From an uncultured Ruminococcus sp. (lineage in GTDB: Bacteria; Bacillota; Clostridia; Oscillospirales; Ruminococcaceae), in NCBI GenBank assembly GCA_964557825.1, contig CAZLBL010000001.1, forward strand, positions 3 through 64,002: a DNA stretch of 64,000 nt, written 5' to 3'. The notes under the pieces were generated by a model. It was not told the DNA's origin. It did no database searches and saw only the letters and a list, made by a program, of their open reading frames with translations. Shown here in pieces: positions 19,320 through 29,371 of this stretch. Position numbers and translations under genes: made by a program. Numbering within the stretch: the first letter of the stretch is position 1; each line of letters opens with the position of its first letter.

Positions 19320-20176
19320 TTGTTACCTCTGTTGTCGTCTAAAAGCTTCTGCATATCGTCGGGGATAGGCGAGGAAAGCGTTATCTGCTCGCCTGTTACA
19401 GGGTGGGGAAAGCTGACCTCGCCGCAGTGCAGCGCGTGACGGTCGATAGCCTCAAGACTGCCGCCATACATTCCGTCACCGCACAACGGAAATCCCACAT
19501 ACGCAAAATGTACGCGTATCTGGTGCGTGCGCCCTGTTTTAAGTATTACACGCACAAGCGTGCGGTTGTTTCGGTGGAGTATGCCCTCGTAAAGCGTCAG
19601 CGCATATTGCCCGTTGGGCGTTACATTGCGGTAAATTATGCTGTCCTCTACCCTGCCGACAGGAACATCAATCTCGCCCTTGCCCATATCTCCGTCAACA
19701 ACGGCATAATAAACCTTCTGCACCTTTTTGGAAAGCCCCGCTGCCGCAAGCTTGTTCTTGGCGCACACGCAAAGACCCGATGTGTTGCGGTCAAGGCGGT
19801 TTATCGCGCGGAACGGAGTATCGGGATACATCGCCGCAAACAGGTTTCCCAAGGTGTCGCTGCTGTGCTTTATTGAGGGGTGAACCGCCATATACGGCGG
19901 CTTGTTAAATACTATAACGTCCTCGTCCTCATAGGCTACGCACGCTTTAAGGTCGGGATTTGGTATAAGTCCGCCCTCGTCCTGCATAAGCACGCGGATT
20001 TTATCGCCTGTGTAAACGGTATCTATTGTGCGGATAAGCACGCCGTCACGGGTTACTCCGTCAGCGGCGTGCTTAAGCTTTACAATTATTCTGCGCGAGA
20101 AGCCGCGGCTTCTGAGAAACTCCTGAAGCTGTCTGCCGTCAAATTCCTCAGAAACCGTCAATATAAGTTCTCTCAT
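19316..20176 (-). CDS. RluA-family pseudouridine synthase
   Basis: NKPPYMAVHP, NRLDRNTSG (catalytic Asp), TGRTHQIRVH. Confidence 0.95.
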   Translation of the reverse strand: MRELILTVSEEFDGRQLQEFLRSRGFSRRIIVKLKHAADGVTRDGVLIRTIDTVYTGDKIRVLMQDEGGLIPNPDLKACVAYEDEDVIVFNKPPYMAVHPSIKHSSDTLGNLFAAMYPDTPFRAINRLDRNTSGLCVCAKNKLAAAGLSKKVQKVYYAVVDGDMGKGEIDVPVGRVEDSIIYRNVTPNGQYALTLYEGILHRNNRTLVRVILKTGRTHQIRVHFAYVGFPLCGDGMYGGSLEAIDRHALHCGEVSFPHPVTGEQITLSSPIPDDMQKLLDDNRGNK

Positions 20177-21384
20177 TTTGTAAACCTTATCTTGTCAAGC
20201 GACTCGTCAGAGGAGAAAGAAACCGCGTTGAACATAAACAGCGCCTGCGTATATTCGTCAACATCAATAAAATAATTAAGGTCAACATTGATATAGCGCA
20301 TATCCACCATTGTAATCTGCTCATAATGGTTTGCAAGGAACGGAACAAGGCTGTGCGCATAGCTGTCCTTGATTATCAGCAGCTTTTTGCCGTTTTTGAT
20401 ATTGGTGTCAATGGTGATTATAGGCTGATTGCTGCCTGTAAAGGAGGAATACTTGTCCTTTACCTCAAGATAATCGCGTACATAAAGGCTGTCATAAACC
20501 TGCTCCTCTGTTCCGGTGTATGCCGTCATGGTTATTTCTGGCTCGCCGTTTTTTAGGTGGTAATAATCAATGCTGTCGGGAGCAACTCCGTCATCAAGGG
20601 TTTTGGAGTACAGCGTGCCGCGGAAGCTGCCGCTTGCGGTTTCTATATTGAAATCGTTAAGACTGTACGCGCTGTAACCCAGAGCCTTTGCAGCAGAGCA
20701 GTAAGCGTAATATGCGCCAAGACTTGTCCAGTGATGGTCTGTGCGGTAGAACAGGTAGTCGTCCTTATGCTCCGTCATAAAGCTTAACGCGTCAATTGTT
20801 GTAATTCCGTCAAGCTGACCATACACGCCCTCAATGAAGGTTTTCTGGCTGAGATAGCCGTTATAGCTTGGCATTTTGCTGCGGAAAAACTCCTGAGCGG
20901 TGGGCGCAAGCATTATGGAGCAAGGAAGCTCCGGGTGCTTTTGCGCAAATATATTCATAGCCTCTATGGAGTCCTGAACTGTCTGCTCGTCATACTCGGT
21001 AAACACCTGTATCATGTGACCGTCCACGGTATAAATACCGTTTATCTCCTGCTTTCCTATAAGCAGCTCCAGCTTGTTCTTCGCCTTAACCCACTGCTCG
21101 CGTCCCACAAGATGGTCGGCGTAGTAGGTTTCTATATCGTCCATAAAGCTTGGGTCGTCACGGACTGTGATATAATCCCATTTTATCGCGCCGACATAGT
21201 CGCCGAAATCCTCCGCCTTGTCCCATTTTTTCTGATTTATCAGCGTGGGGAAGGTAGCAAGCGTGCGGTTCTCGTTTTCACTGCGCTCCTGCTTTGGAAG
21301 CGCTATGGTTGCAATAGGCACTGCAAGCAACACAGCCGCAAATATGCCAATCATAAGCCTTGACGGATTCATTTTTAATTTCAT
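20173..21384 (-). CDS. DHHW-family (AlgJ/AlgX-like SGNH) O-acyltransferase partner
   Basis: YRTDHHWTSLGAY, ENENRTLA, IIKDSYA; N-terminal TM. Confidence 0.88.
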   Translation of the reverse strand: MKLKMNPSRLMIGIFAAVLLAVPIATIALPKQERSENENRTLATFPTLINQKKWDKAEDFGDYVGAIKWDYITVRDDPSFMDDIETYYADHLVGREQWVKAKNKLELLIGKQEINGIYTVDGHMIQVFTEYDEQTVQDSIEAMNIFAQKHPELPCSIMLAPTAQEFFRSKMPSYNGYLSQKTFIEGVYGQLDGITTIDALSFMTEHKDDYLFYRTDHHWTSLGAYYAYCSAAKALGYSAYSLNDFNIETASGSFRGTLYSKTLDDGVAPDSIDYYHLKNGEPEITMTAYTGTEEQVYDSLYVRDYLEVKDKYSSFTGSNQPIITIDTNIKNGKKLLIIKDSYAHSLVPFLANHYEQITMVDMRYINVDLNYFIDVDEYTQALFMFNAVSFSSDESLDKIRFTK

Positions 21385-21399
21385 TCGTGCGCCTCCTTA

Positions 21400-22839
21400 T
21401 CAGAAATTAAAGTACAGGAACGGGTTATAGGTTGCCGTGGAGAGATATGCTATGCTTGCCAACATAACCACAAGCTGAACAGCGGGAATGCTGTACTGCG
21501 TCCACTTGGGAGCCTTTGTCCTGATATATGTGGAGATACTCTTGACAATATCGGAGCTGCCAAGGATACAAACGGCAAATATCACTCCGTAGTTCATAAG
21601 CGCGCTTGTTGCAAAATCGTCCATGAATACGCCGTTTGCGCCGAACATTGCGCCGATATAATCGCCAACCTGCTTAAACATCAACAGAATGTCAACATTG
21701 GTCTGGTCTATCGCCTCAAACAGTACCCAGCCGAAAATAACCAGTATAAAGGTATAAAGCCAGCTGAAGAACGCAGGGATTTTTTCAAGCCACTTGCCAA
21801 GGAACAGACGCTCCAACACTATCAGCACGCCGAAATACAATCCCCATAGCATAAAGTTCCAGCTTGCGCCATGCCATATGCCCGTTACCGCCCATACAAC
21901 CAGCAGATTGAAAATCGTGCGGGGCAGACCTTTGCGGTTGCCGCCAAGCGGGATATAAATATAGCTTCTGAACCAGCCGCCAAGCGTCATGTGCCAGCGG
22001 CGCCAGAACTCGGATATACTATGGCTCATATAGGGATAATCAAAGTTCTCAGGGAAGTTGAAGCCCATCATCTTTCCAAGACCTATCGCCATATCGGAAT
22101 AGCCGGAGAAATCAAAGAAAATCTGGAATGTAAACGCAAGTATGCCAAGCCATGCCGTAACAGTGGAAAGCTGCGTGTAATCAAAGCCTGCCATTGTTTT
22201 TACGCTTGTCCACAGCAGACCGATATTGTTTGCAATAAGCACCTTTTTGCCAAGACCTGTTATAAAGCGGCAGATGCCGTCGCCCACCATTTTCTCGGTT
22301 ATTGTGCGGTTGTCAATCTCGTTCTGGATATCCTCGTAGCGCACAATAGGACCTGCAACAAGCTGCGGAAACAGCGATACAAAGCCGATAAAGCTTACGG
22401 GATTTTTCTGCACCTTGATATTTCTTCTGTACAAGTCGATTGTATAGGACATAGACTGGAACGTAAAGAAGCTTATACCGATAGGCAGCGGCAGATTGGG
22501 ATTGGTAATGCTCAACCCAAACCACGCATTGACCGAGTCGATAATAAATCCAAGATACTTGAACGTGCCTAAAAGACCAAGGTTCATAATCAGCGATACC
22601 AACAGGCACGCCGTGCGGATTTTGGCATTGTCGTCAAATTTGTTGATGATAAGTCCCGCAAAATAGTCAATTGCCGTTGACAACAGCATTACAAAGACAT
22701 AAAGCGGTTCTCCCCATGCATAAAACAAAATGCCGCTTATCATGATTATTACGTTTTTGGCTTTCAGCGGCACCGCGTAATAGGTTATCAGCACCAGCGG
22801 CAGAAAAGCAAACAAAAACGTCAAGCTAGAAAATACCAT
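21400..22839 (-). CDS. MBOAT O-acyltransferase (AlgI/DltB-like)
   Basis: LPIGISFFTFQ, FPQLVAGPIVRY, DFSGYSDMAIG, FWRRWH, GIWHGA. Confidence 0.95.
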   Translation of the reverse strand: MVFSSLTFLFAFLPLVLITYYAVPLKAKNVIIMISGILFYAWGEPLYVFVMLLSTAIDYFAGLIINKFDDNAKIRTACLLVSLIMNLGLLGTFKYLGFIIDSVNAWFGLSITNPNLPLPIGISFFTFQSMSYTIDLYRRNIKVQKNPVSFIGFVSLFPQLVAGPIVRYEDIQNEIDNRTITEKMVGDGICRFITGLGKKVLIANNIGLLWTSVKTMAGFDYTQLSTVTAWLGILAFTFQIFFDFSGYSDMAIGLGKMMGFNFPENFDYPYMSHSISEFWRRWHMTLGGWFRSYIYIPLGGNRKGLPRTIFNLLVVWAVTGIWHGASWNFMLWGLYFGVLIVLERLFLGKWLEKIPAFFSWLYTFILVIFGWVLFEAIDQTNVDILLMFKQVGDYIGAMFGANGVFMDDFATSALMNYGVIFAVCILGSSDIVKSISTYIRTKAPKWTQYSIPAVQLVVMLASIAYLSTATYNPFLYFNF

Positions 22840-22860
22840 ATTTCCCCCTGTTTTTGCTTT

Positions 22861-23466
22861 TTATTCTTCTTCAGAAAGGCCGTTGCAGCCCTCTGAAGTC
22901 TTATTTATGAACTGCTCCCTTGTGAACATCACATTAAGCATTTCAATCAACATATTGGCGGAAAGCAGTCCCGGCAGCCCAAGGCTTTCCTGAAGAGCGG
23001 CGCGTCTTTCCGCCGCCCCGTCGCAGCCGATAAGTCCCATATCCATAAGGTCGGCTTTGGTTATAGGGTCGCGCTTCGGCTCGGCTTCGGCAGCAAAAAC
23101 TCCCGCCTTTTCAAAAGCCTCAAGCAGTGTGCGCTTGTCCATTCCCTCAACGCCAAGCTTGCCCTCCTTGGACGGCTGCGCTTTTCGCCGCTCCTTGCCG
23201 TGCATATCGGGTATGTAGACGTTGATAATCTCGCCCTTTTTTACAATATTCCGCAGATGGGCGCGGATTTTGAAGCCCGCGCTATCGCTGTCGGTAAGAA
23301 TGATTATTCCCGTTTTCTCGGCAAGCGACTGTATCAGCGCGATTTTTTCCTTGTCCTTATATATGCCGAACCCGTTTGTCGGAATAATAAGTGCGTCCAC
23401 AAGCGCGCCAAGCGTTATTTTATCGTACTTGCCCTCTACTATTATTGCCTGATTTATCTTTATCAT
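22861..23466 (-). CDS. rnmV: Ribonuclease M5-like Toprim protein
   Basis: IIVEGKYD and ILTDSDSAG Toprim motifs; C-terminal DUF4093-like region. Confidence 0.8.
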   Translation of the reverse strand: MIKINQAIIVEGKYDKITLGALVDALIIPTNGFGIYKDKEKIALIQSLAEKTGIIILTDSDSAGFKIRAHLRNIVKKGEIINVYIPDMHGKERRKAQPSKEGKLGVEGMDKRTLLEAFEKAGVFAAEAEPKRDPITKADLMDMGLIGCDGAAERRAALQESLGLPGLLSANMLIEMLNVMFTREQFINKTSEGCNGLSEEE

Positions 23467-24506
23467 GTCCGTTTTAGCTGAGATATTTCCGTCAGCGCGC
23501 GCTCTATCAGCATACGGCGGCTTGCCCTTGAAAGATTAAGCAGCCTGTTGGTTTCATACAGAATTTCAATACATTGCTTAAGATACTCCGCCGAAAGGTA
23601 CTTAACTGCGCCAAACGCTTTGGTAACAACAAAGACGCGGTTTCTGGGATAATTGAACGCTGCTGCGGCTTCATTTGCGGTTTTGCCCGCAAGCTGCGCC
23701 AGCTTTGCCCTATAACAATCCACAAAATGTCCCGAAAGCGCCGCCGATATAACAACCGGCTCTATACGCTGTACAAACAAATCGTCAAGTATGCGCATGG
23801 CTTTTGCGGTATTTCCCGCAAAAAGCTCCGAAGCAAGCGTGTACACGCTTGTATCAACAAGCTTAGGTACAAGCGCGTCTATGGCGGCGCGGGTGATTTC
23901 CCCGCTTACGGTATAGTCGCACAGCTTGCCCACCTCGGTGGAGAGCAGGTTCATATCCCTGCCGCAAAGCTCTGCAAGTAAAACAGCGTTCTCCTGTGAA
24001 AGGTTGCAATTAAGCCGCAAAGATTTTTTTATCGCCATCTGCGCAAGCTGCGAAACGCTCATATGCTTCATCTCGCACAGCGCGCCGTATTTTTCCGCGG
24101 CTTCCATCAGCTTTTTCATTTTAGCCTTTGGCTTTTTGGAGTCGATTTCTATATTCACCTGCGAAATAATCAGCACCGTTGTATCGGGAAGCTGCGAAAT
24201 CAGGTCGGTATAAGCCTTTATTTCGGCGTTGTCAAGCTTGTCTGCGTCAAAGTCGCTGATGACAATAACCTTGTATTCCGCAAAAAACGGCATACTGTCC
24301 GCAAAATCCGACAGCTTATCGCAGGGCGGCGCCTCGCCAAAGCGCACAAGGTTCATGTCGGACGGCTCTTTTCCAAGCGCAGTTTCCACAATCTTGCTTT
24401 CGTATGTCTTTACAAGAAAATGCTCCTCGCCATAAAGGAAATACACGCGCGCAAGCTGTCCCGCTTTAAGGTCTGCCTTAAGGCGCGGCTCTTCTATTCT
24501 CGCCAT
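23463..24506 (-). CDS. holA: DNA polymerase III delta subunit
   Basis: VYFLYGEEHFL, MPFF, size about 347 aa. Confidence 0.88.
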   Translation of the reverse strand: MARIEEPRLKADLKAGQLARVYFLYGEEHFLVKTYESKIVETALGKEPSDMNLVRFGEAPPCDKLSDFADSMPFFAEYKVIVISDFDADKLDNAEIKAYTDLISQLPDTTVLIISQVNIEIDSKKPKAKMKKLMEAAEKYGALCEMKHMSVSQLAQMAIKKSLRLNCNLSQENAVLLAELCGRDMNLLSTEVGKLCDYTVSGEITRAAIDALVPKLVDTSVYTLASELFAGNTAKAMRILDDLFVQRIEPVVISAALSGHFVDCYRAKLAQLAGKTANEAAAAFNYPRNRVFVVTKAFGAVKYLSAEYLKQCIEILYETNRLLNLSRASRRMLIERALTEISQLKRT

Positions 24507-24847
24507 TATGCCATTTCCGTTGAAAGCTTTCTGCCGCCGAGGATATGGAAGTGCAGGTGTCTTACAGTCTGACCGCCGTCCTCACCGATATTTGATACAA
24601 CGCGATAGCCGTTTTCAAGCTTCTCGGCGCGCGCAATCTGCGGGATAACAGAGAAAATGTGCGCCACAATATCCGCGTTGTCGGCGGTAATTTCGTCCAC
24701 GCCGCCGATATGCTGCTTTGGAATTACAAGAATATGCACGGGCGCCATGGGCGCGATATCGCGGAACGCAAGGCACTTGTCGTCCTCATAAACCTTTGTT
24801 GAGGGAATTTCGCCCGCAATGATTTTGCAGAATAAGCAGTTTTCCAT
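24506..24847 (-). CDS. hinT: HIT-family nucleotide-binding protein
   Basis: CLFCKI N-terminus and HLHFH triad; ATG 24847. Confidence 0.9.
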   Translation of the reverse strand: MENCLFCKIIAGEIPSTKVYEDDKCLAFRDIAPMAPVHILVIPKQHIGGVDEITADNADIVAHIFSVIPQIARAEKLENGYRVVSNIGEDGGQTVRHLHFHILGGRKLSTEMA

Positions 24848-24948
24848 TTTTATTTCCTCCTGTGAATTACACAACACGGTCTTTGAAGCATTTATCCAAA
24901 GACCGCATTGCAGATATTGATTATAGCGTGTTCACATTAACGCTCCGG

Positions 24949-27594
24949 TTACTTGATATACTTTGCGGCAATGCTCTCTGCTGCCGCAAGAGCCTCCGCA
25001 ATTTTGCCGCTGTCGGGGATACCCGCCATAGCCTGATCGGGCTTTCCACCGCCCTTGCCGCCTGCAACAGCAGCGATTTCGCGCACAAGCGTGCCGGCGT
25101 TTGCGCCCTTTTCAACAGCAGATTTGCTGCACTTGCACAGAATACTGCTCTTTCCGTCCGCTGTTCCCGCAAGAAGCGCAACAAAGCAGTCATACTTATC
25201 GGCAAGGCTGTCGCCGATTTTTCTAAGGCCGTCAGCGCCTGTACCGTCAAGTGCGGCTGTAATTATCTTAACGCCGTTTATGTCGGCACAGTTGTCGCCA
25301 AGCTTGCCCATCTGCGCGTTTGCGGCAGCCTGCTGCATGGCTTCAAGCTTTTTATCCTTTTCACGAAGCTCTGCCATAACGCTTTCGCAGCGCTTTACAA
25401 GCTCGTTGGTGTTGGCGATTTTCAGCGTTTCGGCAGCCTTGGCGGTGATATCCTTGTAGCTGTTAAGCAGAGAAAGCACATTTGCGCCCGTAACCGCCTC
25501 AATTCTTCTTACGCCGCTTGCAACAGAGGTTTCAGAAACTATCTTGAACAGCCCTGCCTGCGCGGAATTTTTAAGATGCGTGCCGCCGCAGAATTCAGTT
25601 GAATAATCTCCCACAGAAACAACGCGTACAACATCGCCGTATTTCTCGCCAAACAGCGCCATTGCGCCCTTCTTCTTGGCTTCCTCAATGGGAAGCTCCT
25701 CTGTAACAACAGGAACAGCCGCCATGATTATATTATTTACATAATCCTCAACACGCTGAATTTCCTCGGCGGTCATTGCGCTGAAGTGGCTGAAGTCGAA
25801 GCGGCACTGGTACGGGTCAACATAAGAGCCGCTCTGGTGAACGTGGTCGCCGAGAACCTCTCTCAAAGCCGCCTGAAGAATATGCGCGGAGGTATGATTA
25901 CGCTCGGTTGCGGCGCGCTTTTCCGCGTAAACCTTAGCCGTAACCTCGTCGCCTGCTGCAAAGCCGCCGCTGATTACCTTACCATTGGAAATAAACGCGC
26001 CGTTGGTAAGCTTCTGTGTGTCTGCAATCTCGATAACAGAGGAGCCGTTTGTTATTGTTCCGCAATCGCCTACCTGGCCGCCCATTTCAGCATAGAAAGG
26101 CGTGTTTTCAATTATTACGGAAACCTCGTCACCCTCGCCGCAAAGCTCCGCAGGCTCGCCGTCCTTAACGATCGCAAGCAGCTTTGTCTTGCTTTCAAGC
26201 GTGGTATAGCCAACGAAATTTGTCTTGTAAGCGTCAAGCGCGGAGTTTTTCGCGTTATCCCAGCCGCCGCCAAGCTTCTTGTTTTTGCGGGCAGTTTCTT
26301 TCTGGATTTTCATGCACTCGTGGAAGCCGTCCTCGTCTGCGCAAAGACCCTTTTCCTCAAGAATTTCCTTTGTAAGGTCAAGCGGGAAGCCGTAAGTGTC
26401 GTGAAGCTTGAATACGTCCTCGCCGCAGAGGGTCTTTTCACCCTTTGCAAGCAGCGCGTCAATCATCTCGGAAAGTATCTCCGTGCCTTTGTCGATAGTC
26501 TTTGCAAAGCTTTCTTCCTCGGTCTTTATTACCTTTTTGATGTAAGCGCGCTTCTCTGCAAGCTCAGGGTATGCGGAAAGGTTCTCGTCAATAACCGTAT
26601 CGCAAACCTCATAAAGGAACGAGTTGTTATAGCCAAGCATTCTGCCGTGTCTTGCCGCGCGGCGGAGAAGCCTGCGCAGAACATAACCGCGACCCTCATT
26701 TGAGGGAAGAACACCATCGCCTACCATAAAGGTGGTGGAACGGATATGGTCGGTTATAACGCGGATAGAGATATCCTTCTTTGCGTCAGCCTTGTACTCA
26801 ACCCCGATGATGGAGCAAATCTTTTTCATGATGTTCTGAACAGTGTCAACCTCAAAAAGGTTGTCAACGTCCTGCATTACGCAGGCAAGTCTTTCAAGAC
26901 CCATGCCTGTGTCGATATTCTTTGTGGCAAGCTGGGTATAATTGCCCTTGCCGTCGTTGTCGAACTGGGTGAATACGTTGTTCCAGATTTCGATGATACG
27001 GTCGCAGTCGCCGACTTCCTCAAAGTTATCCTGTCCGATATGGTCAAACTTGCCGTACTTCTCGCCGCGGTCATAGTGGATTTCGGAGCAGGGACCGCAA
27101 GGGCCGCTGCCATGCTCCCAGAAGTTGTCCTTTTTGCCAAGCTTGATTATACGCTCACGCGGAACGCCTACCTCGTTCGCCCAGATATCGCCTGCCTCGT
27201 CGTCCTGCTCGTAGATGGTAACCCACAGCCTGTCCTCAGGGATTTCGAGCGTCTTTGTAAGGAACTCCCATGCCCAAGCGATAGCTTCATGCTTAAAGTA
27301 ATCACCAAAGGAGAAGTTACCCAGCATTTCAAAATAAGTGCCGTGGCGCGCGGTCTTGCCTACGTTCTCGATATCGGGAGTGCGAATGCACTTCTGGCAG
27401 GTTGTAACGCGGTGACGGGGCGGTTCTTCAATGCCCTGAAAGTACTTTTTGAGCGGAGTCATGCCGGCATTTATCAGCAGAATGGAATTATCCCCCTGCG
27501 GCACAAGCGGAAAGCTCGCCAAACGCAGGTGTCCCTTGCTTTCAAAGAATTTCAGATAGCTTTCGCGGAGGTCATTTAAGCCTGTCCATTTCAT
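24949..27594 (-). CDS. alaS: Alanine--tRNA ligase
   Basis: NAGM, RHGTYFEMLGNFSFGDYFK, HTSAH/CGGTH editing motifs, GGKGGG C-terminus. Confidence 0.99.
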   Translation of the reverse strand: MKWTGLNDLRESYLKFFESKGHLRLASFPLVPQGDNSILLINAGMTPLKKYFQGIEEPPRHRVTTCQKCIRTPDIENVGKTARHGTYFEMLGNFSFGDYFKHEAIAWAWEFLTKTLEIPEDRLWVTIYEQDDEAGDIWANEVGVPRERIIKLGKKDNFWEHGSGPCGPCSEIHYDRGEKYGKFDHIGQDNFEEVGDCDRIIEIWNNVFTQFDNDGKGNYTQLATKNIDTGMGLERLACVMQDVDNLFEVDTVQNIMKKICSIIGVEYKADAKKDISIRVITDHIRSTTFMVGDGVLPSNEGRGYVLRRLLRRAARHGRMLGYNNSFLYEVCDTVIDENLSAYPELAEKRAYIKKVIKTEEESFAKTIDKGTEILSEMIDALLAKGEKTLCGEDVFKLHDTYGFPLDLTKEILEEKGLCADEDGFHECMKIQKETARKNKKLGGGWDNAKNSALDAYKTNFVGYTTLESKTKLLAIVKDGEPAELCGEGDEVSVIIENTPFYAEMGGQVGDCGTITNGSSVIEIADTQKLTNGAFISNGKVISGGFAAGDEVTAKVYAEKRAATERNHTSAHILQAALREVLGDHVHQSGSYVDPYQCRFDFSHFSAMTAEEIQRVEDYVNNIIMAAVPVVTEELPIEEAKKKGAMALFGEKYGDVVRVVSVGDYSTEFCGGTHLKNSAQAGLFKIVSETSVASGVRRIEAVTGANVLSLLNSYKDITAKAAETLKIANTNELVKRCESVMAELREKDKKLEAMQQAAANAQMGKLGDNCADINGVKIITAALDGTGADGLRKIGDSLADKYDCFVALLAGTADGKSSILCKCSKSAVEKGANAGTLVREIAAVAGGKGGGKPDQAMAGIPDSGKIAEALAAAESIAAKYIK

Positions 27595-27677
27595 AATAGT
27601 TGTCCTCGATTTTCATTTTTGATTTATTGCACGCGGCTGTCTGCCGCGCCTTTTTTTACGCTTACGCATACACATTT

Positions 27678-27706
27678 ATTATAAAGCAGTTTTGCGATAT
27701 TGTCAA
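27678..27706 (-). promoter_or_regulatory. Promoter of alaS
   Basis: TTGACA, 17 bp spacer, TATAAT on minus strand. Confidence 0.8.
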
Positions 27707-27807
27707 TAGGGAATAAGCCGCAAGGGGCAAAAAATTTAGGGCAGGCGGGCGCGGCGCATAAAACCTTGTGCAATATATTCCGACTAATTTTTTTGGATAT
27801 TTTTGTA

Positions 27808-27836
27808 TTGACATACCGAGGTTTTTGGTGTAAAAT
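27808..27836 (+). promoter_or_regulatory. Promoter of Ltp-repeat lipoprotein gene
   Basis: TTGACA, 17 bp spacer, TAAAAT. Confidence 0.75.
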
Positions 27837-27878
27837 AGTTATATCAAATACCAAAAAAATGTAGAAAGGTGAAAAATT

Positions 27879-28763
27879 ATGAAGAAAACCAAAATTGCAT
27901 TCATTCTTGCTGCAGTTATGCTGACAAGCACACTTTCTGCTTGTGAGAACAAGACAAATTCTTCGGACGTAAGCTCAGTTGGTAGTGACACCACAACTTC
28001 AAGTAATACCTCAGCTATGTCTGAGGATAAAGCAAGCGGCTCCGAAGATAAGACAAACAATGTTAAGGAAGATGTAAATTCTCCCGAGAAAGAAACAAGT
28101 ATTCCAGAAGAAGAATCAAGCACTTCCAAGAAAGAAGATAGCGAGTTTACCGCAAGCACGACTGCCGCAAATCCTGTAAATGCGATCACCGCAACCATCG
28201 GAGAACAGAATGCATTAAAAAAAGCACAAAGTTATCTTGACTTTATGGCATTTTCAAGAAGCGGATTGATAGAGCAGCTCAAATTTGAGGGATTTTCTGA
28301 TACAGAAGCGGAATATGGCGTAGATAATTGCGGTGCAGATTGGAACGAGCAAGCTACGAAAAAAGCAAAAAGCTATCTTGAGCTTATGTCTTTTTCGCGC
28401 GAAGGCATTATTGAGCAGTTAGAATTCGAAGGCTTTACACATGAGCAGGCAGTTTATGGTGCAGATAAAGCTGGAATTAACGAAGATGATCAAGCAACCC
28501 AAAAGGCAAAGAGTTATTTGAACCTTATGGCATTTTCACATGACGGACTTGTTCAGCAACTGGAGTTTGAAGGATTTTCTCATGAACAGGCTGTAAAAGC
28601 CGCCGACAACTGCGGTGCGGATTGGAACGAACAGGCTGCGAAAAAAGCAAAAAGCTATCTTGATCTTATGTCTTTTTCGCGAGATAAGCTTATTCAACAG
28701 TTAGAGTTTGATGGCTTCACGCATGAACAAGCAATATACGGAGTAACTGCGGTTGGATATTAA
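27879..28763 (+). CDS. Ltp-family (host cell surface-exposed) lipoprotein with four repeats
   Basis: Lipobox LSAC, S/T/E-rich linker, 4 x AxxKAxSYL...FSxxxLxxQLxFEGF. Confidence 0.85.
   Translation: MKKTKIAFILAAVMLTSTLSACENKTNSSDVSSVGSDTTTSSNTSAMSEDKASGSEDKTNNVKEDVNSPEKETSIPEEESSTSKKEDSEFTASTTAANPVNAITATIGEQNALKKAQSYLDFMAFSRSGLIEQLKFEGFSDTEAEYGVDNCGADWNEQATKKAKSYLELMSFSREGIIEQLEFEGFTHEQAVYGADKAGINEDDQATQKAKSYLNLMAFSHDGLVQQLEFEGFSHEQAVKAADNCGADWNEQAAKKAKSYLDLMSFSRDKLIQQLEFDGFTHEQAIYGVTAVGY
28195..28760 (+). repeat. Four roughly 141-bp intragenic repeats (a duplicated two-repeat unit)
   Basis: CGADWNEQA-encoding DNA at 28326 and 28608 (282 bp apart); AAAAGC/GTTAT(C/T)T blocks recur. Confidence 0.8.
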
Positions 28764-28831
28764 TACGCTCCTAATCCAATTATATAGGCAACTTCTACAA
28801 AGCCCCCAACGGATAAAACCCCCAGACGCAC

Positions 28832-28860
28832 AAAACCCGCCTTTCACGGCGGGTTTTCTT
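28832..28860. terminator. Bidirectional terminator between convergent genes
   Basis: AAAACCCGCC-tttcac-GGCGGGTTTT. Confidence 0.8.
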
Positions 28861-29371
28861 ATCCCTTAAACAGCCCCTGCATTTCCTCCATAAACGGTTC
28901 TTCATACAATTTTGGGTAAAAGCCAAAGACAAGGTCGTAAAACTGCGCGTCCGTCAGCGCTTCAAACTCCCCGAAAAGAAACCCGGGATAGCTTTTCATA
29001 GCGTCCGCCATGGAGCGCGCCTTGTTTTTCTCGCCGCCGGCAAGCTTTGCGCATATCATATCATTGCCGTAAATTATCGCAGGAATGTGCTTAACCGCCT
29101 TGTTAAAGTCATAATCCATAGCGGGCGTAAGCCGTGAGAAGCACGGCTTTATGGTGCGGTAAAGCTCGCGGTCGGCGCGCTTAAGTTCCCTTTTAAGCTG
29201 ACCAAGACAGCGGGACAGCGGCTTGCGCTCATTAAGACAATGCGACAGCGCAGCAGAAATGCTGTCAAGCATATCGGCGCCGTTTTCGGCAGTGCCATCT
29301 GCAAGCACACAATATATCTTACGCGCCGCGCAAAGCACCCGCCGCAATGCAGCTTTTTCTGTTACAGCCAA
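28859..29371 (-). CDS. Hypothetical protein
   Basis: Open frame; likely TTG start 29371 after GGGGGTG SD; no motif recognised. Confidence 0.55.
   Translation of the reverse strand: MAVTEKAALRRVLCAARKIYCVLADGTAENGADMLDSISAALSHCLNERKPLSRCLGQLKRELKRADRELYRTIKPCFSRLTPAMDYDFNKAVKHIPAIIYGNDMICAKLAGGEKNKARSMADAMKSYPGFLFGEFEALTDAQFYDLVFGFYPKLYEEPFMEEMQGLFKG

Noticed and set aside
28195-28760. Regular repeats resembling a CRISPR array
   Set aside because: In-frame degenerate protein repeats within the Ltp gene; no spacers or cas genes
27839-28830. Prophage or integrated element around the Ltp gene
   Set aside because: No integrase, att-like direct repeats, tRNA or phage genes visible
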